From Spirochaetaceae bacterium (GTDB taxonomy: Bacteria > Spirochaetota > Spirochaetia > DSM-2461), in the NCBI GenBank assembly GCA_051531975.1, contig JAOPTT010000024.1:1-28644 (forward strand): a stretch of DNA of 28,644 nt. The letters are read 5' to 3'. Under the pieces are notes generated by a model. The model worked only from the letters and a program-made list of their open reading frames with translations, had not been told where the DNA came from and made no database searches. The translations under genes and the position numbers were made by a program. Each line of letters starts with the position of its first letter. Positions within the stretch are counted from its first letter, which is position 1. Below, piece by piece: positions 16,843 through 27,262 of this stretch.

Positions 16843-18189
16843 ATGAGCAATTGTAACGTAATTATTACACTATCTTCAGATGAATATAAGGCCTACGCTG
16901 ATTTTGTACCAGCCGTGGGAGAAGGTGCAGAACTTAGTTTAAACTATACAAAGTCAATTATTCTAGAAGCCGGATTAATACATGGAATTGATTGGGAAAT
17001 AATCACATCAACTATTGATTTTTGTAATAAACATAAAAAACCTCGAAATGGTGTTAAAATTGCTACAGGAACTCTAGCCATATCAGAAGTCCCAGAGCAT
17101 TGGAATTTAGAGGATAAATTTTTTAAAAATGCCATGGGTTTAGATACAGAAGCATTAAAGATAGATTATAAAGAACAGTCAAACTTCATTATGGTAAAAA
17201 AGGGCGAATTAATCGCACATAAAAATGAAGGCCGAGATGGTGTCGAGGGTAAAAGTGTAAAAGGAAAGCCTTTACAATTTAAAAAGAAAAAAATTGTCCA
17301 ATTTACAAATGGGCGGAATACTACTGAGCATAAAGGGAAGTTATACGCCTCTACATCAGGTCGATACGAAGTTTCAGAAAACCGAGATATACATATAAAT
17401 GATGTTCTTCATATAGAAGGTAATGTAGATTATAGTACCGGTAACATCTCTTTTGGGAAAGATGTAATTATAGATGGTGAAATTAAAGATGGATTTAAAG
17501 TAGCTGCCGGTGGAACCTTATATTGTAAAAGTAATCTAGATGCAACTGACATTTTGTGCCGAAAGGATCTAATTGTAGATCAGGGTATAATCGGTCGAGG
17601 TACAGCACTTGTACGAGCCGGGGGAAAAATAAAAGCAAAGTTTATAGAGAATTGTCATGTTGAATCCCAAGCAGGTTTAGAAATCGAAAAAAATATAATG
17701 AATTCACAAATATATTCATTAGGGCAGCTAAAGTTAGGGGAAAAAGGGGCTATTGTTAGTAGTAAAGTCTATTCCGAACTAGGGGTCAAAACATATAACA
17801 TAGGAAAGGATGGAAGCCCTAATTCCGAAATCAATTTAGGCTTCTCCTTTGTAGATCAAAGATCAATAGAATCTATTAAACAGAGAGTTGATGTATTAAA
17901 AGAAAAGTTAAATAAACTAAATAGACTTCCAGAGTACAGAAAAACAGATAAAAAACTTGATCTTATTAGGCAAATACAAGATGTTGTTACTAGAGGTGAT
18001 TCAGAACTTTCTGGAAAAATAAAGGCTTTATATAAATATCCAGATGTAACATTAGAAGTTACGGGAACTGTTTTTCCAGGTAATATCATAATAATATGTG
18101 GTGTTACTTATAGCGTGACTGAAGAAAAAAGGAAAGTTAAATTCTTTTTAAATAAAGAGAGTAATAGGGTAGAATCAGTTAACCTTTAA
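16843..18189 (+). CDS. FapA family protein (DUF342, flagellar assembly protein A-like)
   Basis: VKKGELIA, G..G..VKG, GNVDYSTGNISF, beta-helix-like repeats (AKFIENCHV), a coiled coil and GTVFPG. Confidence 0.88.
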   Translation: MSNCNVIITLSSDEYKAYADFVPAVGEGAELSLNYTKSIILEAGLIHGIDWEIITSTIDFCNKHKKPRNGVKIATGTLAISEVPEHWNLEDKFFKNAMGLDTEALKIDYKEQSNFIMVKKGELIAHKNEGRDGVEGKSVKGKPLQFKKKKIVQFTNGRNTTEHKGKLYASTSGRYEVSENRDIHINDVLHIEGNVDYSTGNISFGKDVIIDGEIKDGFKVAAGGTLYCKSNLDATDILCRKDLIVDQGIIGRGTALVRAGGKIKAKFIENCHVESQAGLEIEKNIMNSQIYSLGQLKLGEKGAIVSSKVYSELGVKTYNIGKDGSPNSEINLGFSFVDQRSIESIKQRVDVLKEKLNKLNRLPEYRKTDKKLDLIRQIQDVVTRGDSELSGKIKALYKYPDVTLEVTGTVFPGNIIIICGVTYSVTEEKRKVKFFLNKESNRVESVNL

Positions 18190-18194
18190 CTCAC

Positions 18195-18223
18195 TTGATA
18201 AAAAGAAGCACCTGTTGTTTAAT
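18195..18223 (+). promoter_or_regulatory. Sigma70-like promoter of birA (probably leaderless)
   Basis: TTGATA-N17-TTTAAT, with ATG 18231 7 nt downstream and no SD. Confidence 0.45.
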
Positions 18224-18230
18224 GTTTCTT

Positions 18231-18965
18231 ATGAATCTAAAGAAAATTGAAAACCCTTTTGGTGGTATGACCTACTATAAGGAAACGACAACATCAACAA
18301 TGGCTGAAGCTGCAAATCTACTTTCAGAAAAGGATATACACGGTTCTATCGTCCTGGCAGATTTCCAGACCAATGGTATTGGAAGAGTCCCTGGCCGTAA
18401 GTGGCTATCATCAGAAAAAGAGAACTTAACTTTTACATTAATAATTAAAAAAGATTTTATAGGCCATGGTTTTGGCACGACTCCTCTAAAAGCTGGATTA
18501 GCACTTTCAAAAGCTGTTAAGAATATTTGTGCTGTCGACTCAAAAGTTAAATGGCCAAACGACGTAGTTGTTAATAATAAAAAAATATCGGGAATATTAT
18601 GCCAGTCACAAAAAGGGTATATCTTGGTAGGAATAGGTATAAATGTAAATCAGTTGAATTTTGATGAAAGTATTAAAGATAAAGCCACATCTCTCTCCTT
18701 AGTATCAGAGAAAGGTTTCAACTTAGAAATGGTATTATCAAAGTTTTTATCTGAGTTTTTTGCAGTATTAAAAAGTGAAACTTGGTTAGATGAACTTAAT
18801 AATTGTCTATATAAACAAAACGATGAAGTAAGCTTTTCAATTGGTAACCCAGAGAATAAAAATATTGTAACTGGTTTACTTGTCGGGTTAGATAAAATTG
18901 GTAAAGTAATAATAAAAGATGCTAATGGTAAAGAAAATAGTTATTTAAGTGGTGAATTTATCTAA
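18231..18965 (+). CDS. birA: Biotin--[acetyl-CoA-carboxylase] ligase (no N-terminal HTH)
   Basis: STM, QTNGIGR..GRKW, KWPND, KISGIL and GIGINV motifs. Start placed at ATG 18231. Confidence 0.92.
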   Translation: MNLKKIENPFGGMTYYKETTTSTMAEAANLLSEKDIHGSIVLADFQTNGIGRVPGRKWLSSEKENLTFTLIIKKDFIGHGFGTTPLKAGLALSKAVKNICAVDSKVKWPNDVVVNNKKISGILCQSQKGYILVGIGINVNQLNFDESIKDKATSLSLVSEKGFNLEMVLSKFLSEFFAVLKSETWLDELNNCLYKQNDEVSFSIGNPENKNIVTGLLVGLDKIGKVIIKDANGKENSYLSGEFI

Positions 18966-19004
18966 TAGTCTTAATAAAAACTTGATTATTAACCAATACC
19001 TTAG

Positions 19005-20693
<1,689 letters not shown>

Positions 20694-20719
20694 GCTTTTA
20701 GCTTATATTATGCTTTTTA

Positions 20720-20774
20720 TTAACAGCAAAAAAAGATTTAGTTTTTTCTATACTTTTTAGTTTTTTGCTGTTAA
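20720..20774. repeat. Perfect 14-bp inverted repeat with 27-nt spacer downstream of groEL
   Basis: TTAACAGCAAAAAA (20720-20733) ... TTTTTTGCTGTTAA (20761-20774). Confidence 0.75.
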
Positions 20775-20801
20775 ACTCAGTTTACATTGTAGAGGTTAAG
20801 A

Positions 20802-21095
20802 ATGAAATTAGCAGATTTTACGTTTACGGTAGGTTATAATGGCACTGAAGCTATTGTAAATAAAGATACCGAACAAGCAGGGAGTAATCTTTCAATTATA
20901 GAGCTAGTTGATAAAGGTTTTTATAAACCAGCACTTAGTCAGGCTATATTGAATGATGATAAAGATGGCATAAGCTATTTAAGAGAAACTTATAATAAAG
21001 TTAGTGGATCAAATTACAAAACTGACATCCAAATTATGAGACTTTTTGGTGTTTATACTGTCCCTGACAAAATTACTAAGGTAAAACGACTTTAA
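20802..21095 (+). CDS. Hypothetical protein (97 aa)
   Basis: GAGGT SD, ATG start, fills the gap co-directionally between groEL and yajC, globular-looking composition. Confidence 0.8.
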   Translation: MKLADFTFTVGYNGTEAIVNKDTEQAGSNLSIIELVDKGFYKPALSQAILNDDKDGISYLRETYNKVSGSNYKTDIQIMRLFGVYTVPDKITKVKRL

Positions 21096-21130
21096 ACTCT
21101 ATATAAAATAAAGAATATAAAGGAAGAACA

Positions 21131-21502
21131 ATGAATATTTTACTTAATTTACCATTACTTTTAGTTGCACCAGAATCTGCAGCAGCAGGTGGATCGTCAG
21201 GTCTAATGACTTTTGCACCACTTTTAATTATGATTTTGATTTTTTACTTTCTAATCATGAGACCTCAAAGTAAAAAACAAAAAGCTACTAAAGCTATGTT
21301 AGCCGCTGTAAAAAAGGGTGACAAGGTTACTACTATTGGTGGTATTCGTGGAACTGTAGATAATGTTAAAGATGATATTGTAACTGTTAGAGTTGACGGA
21401 AATACTAAAATTGATTTCATGAAGTCTGCTGTAAGTGCAGTTGTTACTACAGAATCTGAAGCAAAAATAAAAGAAGTAAAAGAAGTTAAAGAAGAAAAAT
21501 AA
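21131..21502 (+). CDS. yajC: Preprotein translocase subunit YajC
   Basis: FYFLIMRPQSKKQK and KKGDKVTTIGGIRG motifs; precedes secD-secF. Confidence 0.97.
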   Translation: MNILLNLPLLLVAPESAAAGGSSGLMTFAPLLIMILIFYFLIMRPQSKKQKATKAMLAAVKKGDKVTTIGGIRGTVDNVKDDIVTVRVDGNTKIDFMKSAVSAVVTTESEAKIKEVKEVKEEK

Positions 21503-21533
21503 TAATTTTTATATACAAGACCTGGAGAAATAG

Positions 21534-23279
21534 ATGAATAAAAGATTCAAATTACTCCTAATTCTTACTTTGATAGTACTAGGTTTATTTACACTTAAAC
21601 CTACATACACATGGTATATGTCTCTTTCTGACAGTGAAAGAGCTATTGCTAATGAGTCAAAAGAGGGAATTAGAGAGAAATCCCAAGAAAAAGCAACTAT
21701 TGGAGCAAATGCAGTTATTGAGTTAGTAAAAACTAACCCAAAAGGTGACGTTCCAGCTGAATACTCTTTCTTGTTAGATGTTGCCAAGAAAAAATATAAG
21801 GATGCAGAAATTGATTTTCCTGAATCATGGACTCTTGGTGTTGTTTTAAATGCATTTAAAGATAGTACTGATTCTGTAAAGAGTTTAGTTAATTTACGAG
21901 CTGCATTTGAAACTTACTATAGTGAAGTTGTTTTTGCTGATAAAGGCTTAAAGGGTGAAATCTTAAAAGCTGGTTTAGATATCGCTGGTGGTATGAGTGT
22001 TGTAATTCAGGTTGATAAATCTTCTATTAAAATTGAAAAAGAAGATGGAACTTTAAAAACTGAAGCTGAATTAACAGATTTAGAAATTGAAGAAGCTGTT
22101 AATTTATCTTTAAAAGTTTTAAATAGTAGAATTGATGAGTTTGGTTTAACTGAACCTAATATAAGAAAGCAAGGTGATGATCAGATTTTAATTGAAATCC
22201 CTGGTGATTTTGACCCTGCAGCTGTTGATCAGTTTATTAAAGGTAAAGGTCGTTTAAACTTTCAAATTGTAGATAATGCTAAAACTGCTGAGCTTAGTAT
22301 CTTTAGAGCTAAAAATGGACATGTTGATGCACCTGAAATTCTTGGTGATGATTATGTTGCTTTTGGTAGATATAAAGAAGACAGATATGGTATCGATCAA
22401 TTCCAAGACTATGTAGTTTTAGAAAAAGAAATTGGACTTTCTGGTATTCATATTAAATCTGCAGGTGTATACCGAGATAGTATGACTGGTGGAACAAAAG
22501 TTAACTTTGAACTTGATCCTGAAGGTGGAGACCAATTTTTTGAGTTTACATCTGCCCATGTAAATCAGCCTATGGCTGTTGTTATGGACGATAAAGTTAA
22601 ATCAGTTGCTAATATTAACGACTCTATTAGAAGTTCTGTTATGGTTACTGGATTTAATGCAGAAGAAGCTAGTAACTTAGCTCTGATTTTAAAAACTGCA
22701 GCACTACCTGTTGAGTTAGAAGTTATTAACATGCAACAAGTTGGAGCTCAATTAGGTCAAGATACTGTTGTTAAAGGTTTATATTCCATTTTGTGGGGTT
22801 TCTTAGCAGTAATGGTATTTATGTTTATCTATTACCAAGGTGCTGGTTTAATTGCAAATGTTGCATTATTACTTAACCTATTTTTTGTAATTTCTGTTTT
22901 AGCTACATTTAATATGACATTAACTATGACTAGTATTGCTGGTTTAATATTAAATGTTGGTATGGCTGTAGATGCAAACGTAATTATATTCGAACGTATA
23001 AAAGAGGAACTTGCAAAAGGTAAATCTAGAGCAGCTTCTATTAAGACTGGTTTCCAGAGAGCTTTCTGGACAATCATGGATGCTAACATTACAACTTTAA
23101 TTGCTGCATTATTCCTTTCTCAAGTTGGAAAAGGACCTATTAAAGGTTTTGCCGTAACTTTAGCTATCGGTATTGTTAGTTCACTATTTACTGCACTATT
23201 TGTTTCTAGATTTTTATTCGATGTTGGAACAGATCAGTTAGGTAAAAAGAAAATAAGTATTGGGTGGGGGGTAAAATAA
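21534..23279 (+). CDS. secD: Protein translocase subunit SecD
   Basis: GLDIAGG, RIDEFGLTEPNI, GMAVDANVIIFERIKEE, IMDANITT and GPIKGFAVTL motifs. Confidence 0.97.
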   Translation: MNKRFKLLLILTLIVLGLFTLKPTYTWYMSLSDSERAIANESKEGIREKSQEKATIGANAVIELVKTNPKGDVPAEYSFLLDVAKKKYKDAEIDFPESWTLGVVLNAFKDSTDSVKSLVNLRAAFETYYSEVVFADKGLKGEILKAGLDIAGGMSVVIQVDKSSIKIEKEDGTLKTEAELTDLEIEEAVNLSLKVLNSRIDEFGLTEPNIRKQGDDQILIEIPGDFDPAAVDQFIKGKGRLNFQIVDNAKTAELSIFRAKNGHVDAPEILGDDYVAFGRYKEDRYGIDQFQDYVVLEKEIGLSGIHIKSAGVYRDSMTGGTKVNFELDPEGGDQFFEFTSAHVNQPMAVVMDDKVKSVANINDSIRSSVMVTGFNAEEASNLALILKTAALPVELEVINMQQVGAQLGQDTVVKGLYSILWGFLAVMVFMFIYYQGAGLIANVALLLNLFFVISVLATFNMTLTMTSIAGLILNVGMAVDANVIIFERIKEELAKGKSRAASIKTGFQRAFWTIMDANITTLIAALFLSQVGKGPIKGFAVTLAIGIVSSLFTALFVSRFLFDVGTDQLGKKKISIGWGVK

Positions 23280-24223
23280 TGACTAGAAATTTTAATTTTA
23301 CTAAACATAGATATTTTGGTATCATCTCTACTGCTTTAATTATAATTGGATTTATTTTTACTTTAACAGTTAGGGGTGGATTCAACTTAGGTATCGATTT
23401 TAAAGCTGGTTTAAATCAGCAGATACAGATTACTTCATCAACTGAAGTAGAAAGAGTCGAAGTCCTTGATTCCTTAAAAAGTATTTCTGGAGTTAAGGTT
23501 CAATCTATTGGATCAGATTCTGAAAATATGTTTGTAGTAAAAGTACAAGCAAATGAAGAGGATGATTTTCAGGCTTCTATGTCAGAAAGTATTAAAGCTT
23601 CTTTAGACGCTAAATATGGTTCTGATAAAGTAGCTGTTTTAAGTACAGAGTTTGTTGGTGGATCTTTTTCATCTAACTTAACTCAGGAAGTTATCTATTT
23701 AACTTTCTTTGCATTATTACTTATTCTTGCTTATGTATGGATTAGATTCCATTTAAACTACGCATTTTCTGCAATCGCTGCAATATTCCATGATGTTCTA
23801 TTTTTATTAGCATTTATTGGTGTAACTGGTTTAGAAGTAGGTACAGGAACTATTGCTGCAGTTTTAACAATTATCGGTTATTCGTTAAATGATACAATCG
23901 TTATCTTTGATAGAGTAAGAGAGAATGTTAAAGATGTTAAAGGTAAGAATTTTGAAGAAGTTGTTAATCAGAGTTTAAATGAGTCTTTAAGTAGAACCAT
24001 TATTACTTCATTAACTACTTTAATTGCTGTAACATCCATTTTTATCTTAGCTGATGGTCAAATTCAAGACTTCGCGTTAAGTTTAATTATTGGTATTATT
24101 GTAGGTACATATTCATCTATATTTGTTGCAAGTAGTGTAGTAGTTGCTTGGGGTAATAAAGTTGCTTCAAAAAGACATGAAAAATACAAAACTAATTCGT
24201 CTTCTTTATCTGTTGATAATTAA
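23279..24223 (+). CDS. secF: Protein translocase subunit SecF
   Basis: GIDFKAG, HDV, GYSLNDTIVIFDRVRE, RTIITS and GTYSSIF motifs. The ATG overlaps the secD stop (TAATG). Confidence 0.96.
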   Translation: MTRNFNFTKHRYFGIISTALIIIGFIFTLTVRGGFNLGIDFKAGLNQQIQITSSTEVERVEVLDSLKSISGVKVQSIGSDSENMFVVKVQANEEDDFQASMSESIKASLDAKYGSDKVAVLSTEFVGGSFSSNLTQEVIYLTFFALLLILAYVWIRFHLNYAFSAIAAIFHDVLFLLAFIGVTGLEVGTGTIAAVLTIIGYSLNDTIVIFDRVRENVKDVKGKNFEEVVNQSLNESLSRTIITSLTTLIAVTSIFILADGQIQDFALSLIIGIIVGTYSSIFVASSVVVAWGNKVASKRHEKYKTNSSSLSVDN

Positions 24224-24240
24224 GATAATTTTAGTATAAT
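24213..24240 (+). promoter_or_regulatory. Candidate sigma70 promoter for the deacetylase-ispH pair
   Basis: TTGATA-N16-TATAAT immediately before the secF terminator hairpin. Confidence 0.45.
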
Positions 24241-24270
24241 AAAGTCGACCTTTGGGTCGGCTTTTTTTTT
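24241..24270 (+). terminator. Intrinsic terminator after secF
   Basis: AAAGTCGACC-TTTG-GGTCGGC followed by T9. Confidence 0.85.
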
Positions 24271-24281
24271 GGAGTTTATTT

Positions 24282-25334
24282 ATGAAGGTTTTTGGTTTTA
24301 TACTTTTATTATTAACAACATCACATCTATATTCTGAAATATCCCTCTCTGAAATTCAAGGTTCAGGATGGAGTGATAAACAGGTCGGAAACATCACTTA
24401 TTATACTAAAAAAGATTATGGACGAGTTCCTATCTTATGTTTTCACAAAATTGGAGATGCTGAAAGATACGAAATAACCTCAGAAAATTTCAAAAACTTC
24501 TTAATATATTTAAATGATAATAAATATTACCCAATCTCGGATAAAGATTTTTTAAACAGAGACTTTGCTAAAGTTCCAACAGGCTATAAACCTATTGTTT
24601 TAGGTTCTGATGATGCCTCAGAGGGTAATTTTATATATAAAACAAACGATGACTCAATTTATGGAGAACTTGATTTAAGCACAGGTAAACCAGAACATGA
24701 TCCAAATTCAATGGTTTATCTACTTGAGAAATTTATTAGACCTGAAGATGGAAATATAAATTTTACTTTTTACATCTCCTTTAATGGTATCCCTTTTAGG
24801 CAGACAGGTGGTGATAAGGCCACAGGGGAATATTTTCGTGGAATAGATCTTATTGGTCAAAAGTTTAACTACTTATTAGATAATTTTATAGTTGGTATTC
24901 ATACTGTAACTCACCCAGTAACTAAAAATACATCTGCAAAAGATTTTAAGTGGGAGATCGATGAGTTCTATAACATCTTATATTCATATGTTGGTGAAAG
25001 AATTAATCTTATTGATACCCTTGCTTATCCTTATGGATGCGCTAATTTAAAACCAGAAATGGAAAAAATGATAAAAAATTATAATACAAAGGGTGTAAAA
25101 ATAGTTGGAGCCTTTGATTTTGATGGTTATTTCAGTCAATCTCCATTTAGTTCTAAGATAAAGGACTTCGATATCTCACGTTTTGGCGTAGATAATAAAA
25201 ATATACAAAACTTATATGGTTTCTTAGAAAGTGTTCCTCAGTATAAAACTGAACGTATAATAGTTGTTAAATCCAAGACTGATTTACTGAATGTTAATAT
25301 TTCTGATGATGATATTGTAATGGTGGTTCCATGA
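24282..25334 (+). CDS. Secreted polysaccharide deacetylase (CE4/NodB-homology, PgaB/IcaB-like)
   Basis: Signal peptide, PILCFHKI, LGSDDA (TFDDG-equivalent), HTVTH metal motif, AYPYG. GGAG SD before ATG 24282. Confidence 0.8.
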   Translation: MKVFGFILLLLTTSHLYSEISLSEIQGSGWSDKQVGNITYYTKKDYGRVPILCFHKIGDAERYEITSENFKNFLIYLNDNKYYPISDKDFLNRDFAKVPTGYKPIVLGSDDASEGNFIYKTNDDSIYGELDLSTGKPEHDPNSMVYLLEKFIRPEDGNINFTFYISFNGIPFRQTGGDKATGEYFRGIDLIGQKFNYLLDNFIVGIHTVTHPVTKNTSAKDFKWEIDEFYNILYSYVGERINLIDTLAYPYGCANLKPEMEKMIKNYNTKGVKIVGAFDFDGYFSQSPFSSKIKDFDISRFGVDNKNIQNLYGFLESVPQYKTERIIVVKSKTDLLNVNISDDDIVMVVP

Positions 25335-26161
25335 AAGTAATATTAGCTGAGACTTTAGGCTTTTGTGCCGGCGTTAAAAAGGCTGTAGACCTTATATACT
25401 CAGAAATTAACCAGTCTGATGGCACCCAAATTTTAATGGAAGGTCCTATTATACATAATAATAGTGTAATTGATGATTTAGCAGATAAAGGTGTTAAATT
25501 GTTAGACGGTTCAACAGATATTTTAAATAAAAAAGTTGTAGTACGTGCCCATGGGATTACTCCCACATTAGAAGCATCAATAATTGATAGAGGCGCTACT
25601 GTTGTTGATGGGACTTGTCCTATAGTTAAAGCTTCTCAGATTAAGATTAAAAAATATTCAAATGATGGGTTTTTTATAGTTATTGCAGGTGATAAGGGAC
25701 ATGCTGAAGTTATAGGTTTAGTAGGCCAAGCTCCAGACAATACTCTTGTTGTTGCAAATGCTACCGATGTTTTAAATCATTCTTATCCTGAAAAGACACT
25801 ATTGTTAAGTCAAACAACTTTTAGTAAACCAGAATTTAGTGTAATAGAGGCAGAACTTAAAAAGAAATGCCCAACTTTGACTTCATTAAATACAATTTGT
25901 GGTGCTACAAAACAGAGACAAGACGCTGTAGTAGAATTAAGTAACAAGGTAGATGCCATAATTGTTGTTGGTGGATTAACCTCTTCAAATACTAAACGAT
26001 TAAAAGTTGCAGTAGAAAATATTGTTCCAACATGGTTAATTGAAAACTCTGAGGGTATTCCCACCCAGATTAAAAACTATAAAACTATTGGTGTTACAGC
26101 TGGAGCATCAACACCTGATGTTGTTATTCAGGAAGTTATTAAGGTTTTAGAATCCTATTAG
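25331..26161 (+). CDS. ispH: 4-hydroxy-3-methylbut-2-enyl diphosphate reductase
   Basis: GFCAGV, RAHG, DGTCP, HAEV, QTT, TICGAT..RQ, SSNT and TAGASTP motifs (three Fe-S Cys). ATGA overlap with the upstream gene. Confidence 0.97.
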   Translation: MKVILAETLGFCAGVKKAVDLIYSEINQSDGTQILMEGPIIHNNSVIDDLADKGVKLLDGSTDILNKKVVVRAHGITPTLEASIIDRGATVVDGTCPIVKASQIKIKKYSNDGFFIVIAGDKGHAEVIGLVGQAPDNTLVVANATDVLNHSYPEKTLLLSQTTFSKPEFSVIEAELKKKCPTLTSLNTICGATKQRQDAVVELSNKVDAIIVVGGLTSSNTKRLKVAVENIVPTWLIENSEGIPTQIKNYKTIGVTAGASTPDVVIQEVIKVLESY

Positions 26162-27243
26162 TCTATAATGCCTACCCAACCTGGGTTTTCTATAGCAAAT
26201 TTAGTTAATTCATATTCGGCGTTATAGTTTCCACTATCAGGCATATAAATCGATAGCCATGTATAAATACCATTTTCTGCAGTTGTTATTGACTGCTCAA
26301 AATCTGTATTTAATGAACTTATATCAAATAGATCTGTGTAATTACCACCATTGAACTCGGTTGCTGAAACTGTTTTGTTTGTTAAAAAATCAAGTGTATC
26401 ATTTTTAAATTCTAAGCTTTCCACAATAACAGATATTTCCTCTACGTTGTATAATTGCTGTAAAGATCTAGCTTCATGTCCATAAAATGATGTTTCATTT
26501 ATATCATAATAGTTGTAATAACATTCTAGAGTTGCTTTCCCAAGGTTTAATGTTGAAAGTTCTGTTAAGCTGTATGCAGCTTCTATAAAACCTATGTAGT
26601 CATTACCAGGGACTGGAATTTCTTCAGGAGAAGCAATTACATACTCTGCAGATCCATTAAATTCATATATTGTTTCAATGTTACCTACTGAGCAGGCATC
26701 AAATGCTACTAATTGTACTCCATCTACGTCATATAGAGTATCTGAAATCTCTTCTATAGTCATAATTGTTTCCGGTGAAGTACCATCTCCTTCAAAAATT
26801 AGACCACTTGAATAAGTAGATGTAAATCCAGTTCCATGTGAGCCAAAATAAAGAGCATAATTATCTGCTGGTAACATTCTTTTTGTATATTTGATGTAAG
26901 ACTTAAGTGTTTCTGGATCTGCCATATCTAATTCGTTATTTGTATTAATAATAGTTGTATCATCTAAATCTATTATTCGTGAAGTGGAACTAAGAGGGCT
27001 ATCTAATATTTCTAGTTGGCTATCACCATCTACTGCACCATCATATAGTATAACTAATCTAATATCAGAAGTATTTACCTGTGATTCTGTTAGTTCTAAA
27101 ACATCGGAAACTAAAGTTAATGGGCTTGTTGAGTCATCACCTATATAAAACATTAAAGTCCAATCTGCAGTAGGGTATTCAGGTTGTATTTCGCAAGAGA
27201 TTAAAAATATAACAGAAAATAAAAATATAAGAATTTTCTTCAT
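26158..27243 (-). CDS. Clostripain-like cysteine peptidase (family C11) lipoprotein
   Basis: Lipobox LISC, WTLMFY, NELDMADPETL, YFGSHGTG (catalytic His), FDAC (catalytic Cys), ASPEEIP. Confidence 0.85.
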   Translation of the reverse strand: MKKILIFLFSVIFLISCEIQPEYPTADWTLMFYIGDDSTSPLTLVSDVLELTESQVNTSDIRLVILYDGAVDGDSQLEILDSPLSSTSRIIDLDDTTIINTNNELDMADPETLKSYIKYTKRMLPADNYALYFGSHGTGFTSTYSSGLIFEGDGTSPETIMTIEEISDTLYDVDGVQLVAFDACSVGNIETIYEFNGSAEYVIASPEEIPVPGNDYIGFIEAAYSLTELSTLNLGKATLECYYNYYDINETSFYGHEARSLQQLYNVEEISVIVESLEFKNDTLDFLTNKTVSATEFNGGNYTDLFDISSLNTDFEQSITTAENGIYTWLSIYMPDSGNYNAEYELTKFAIENPGWVGIID

Positions 27244-27262
27244 GTTTAATAATACACCCTAT

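Noticed and set aside
18195..18230. ORF-track TTG start for birA
   Set aside because: Coincides with a -35 box, and the extra peptide (IKRSTCCLMFL) is not BirA-like.
23264..23278. ORF-track TTG start for secF
   Set aside because: This stretch is the G-rich SD; the TAATG overlap at 23279 is the likelier start.
24252..24281. ORF-track TTG start for the deacetylase
   Set aside because: Lies within the terminator loop and T-tract; GGAG SD plus ATG at 24282 gives a clean signal peptide.
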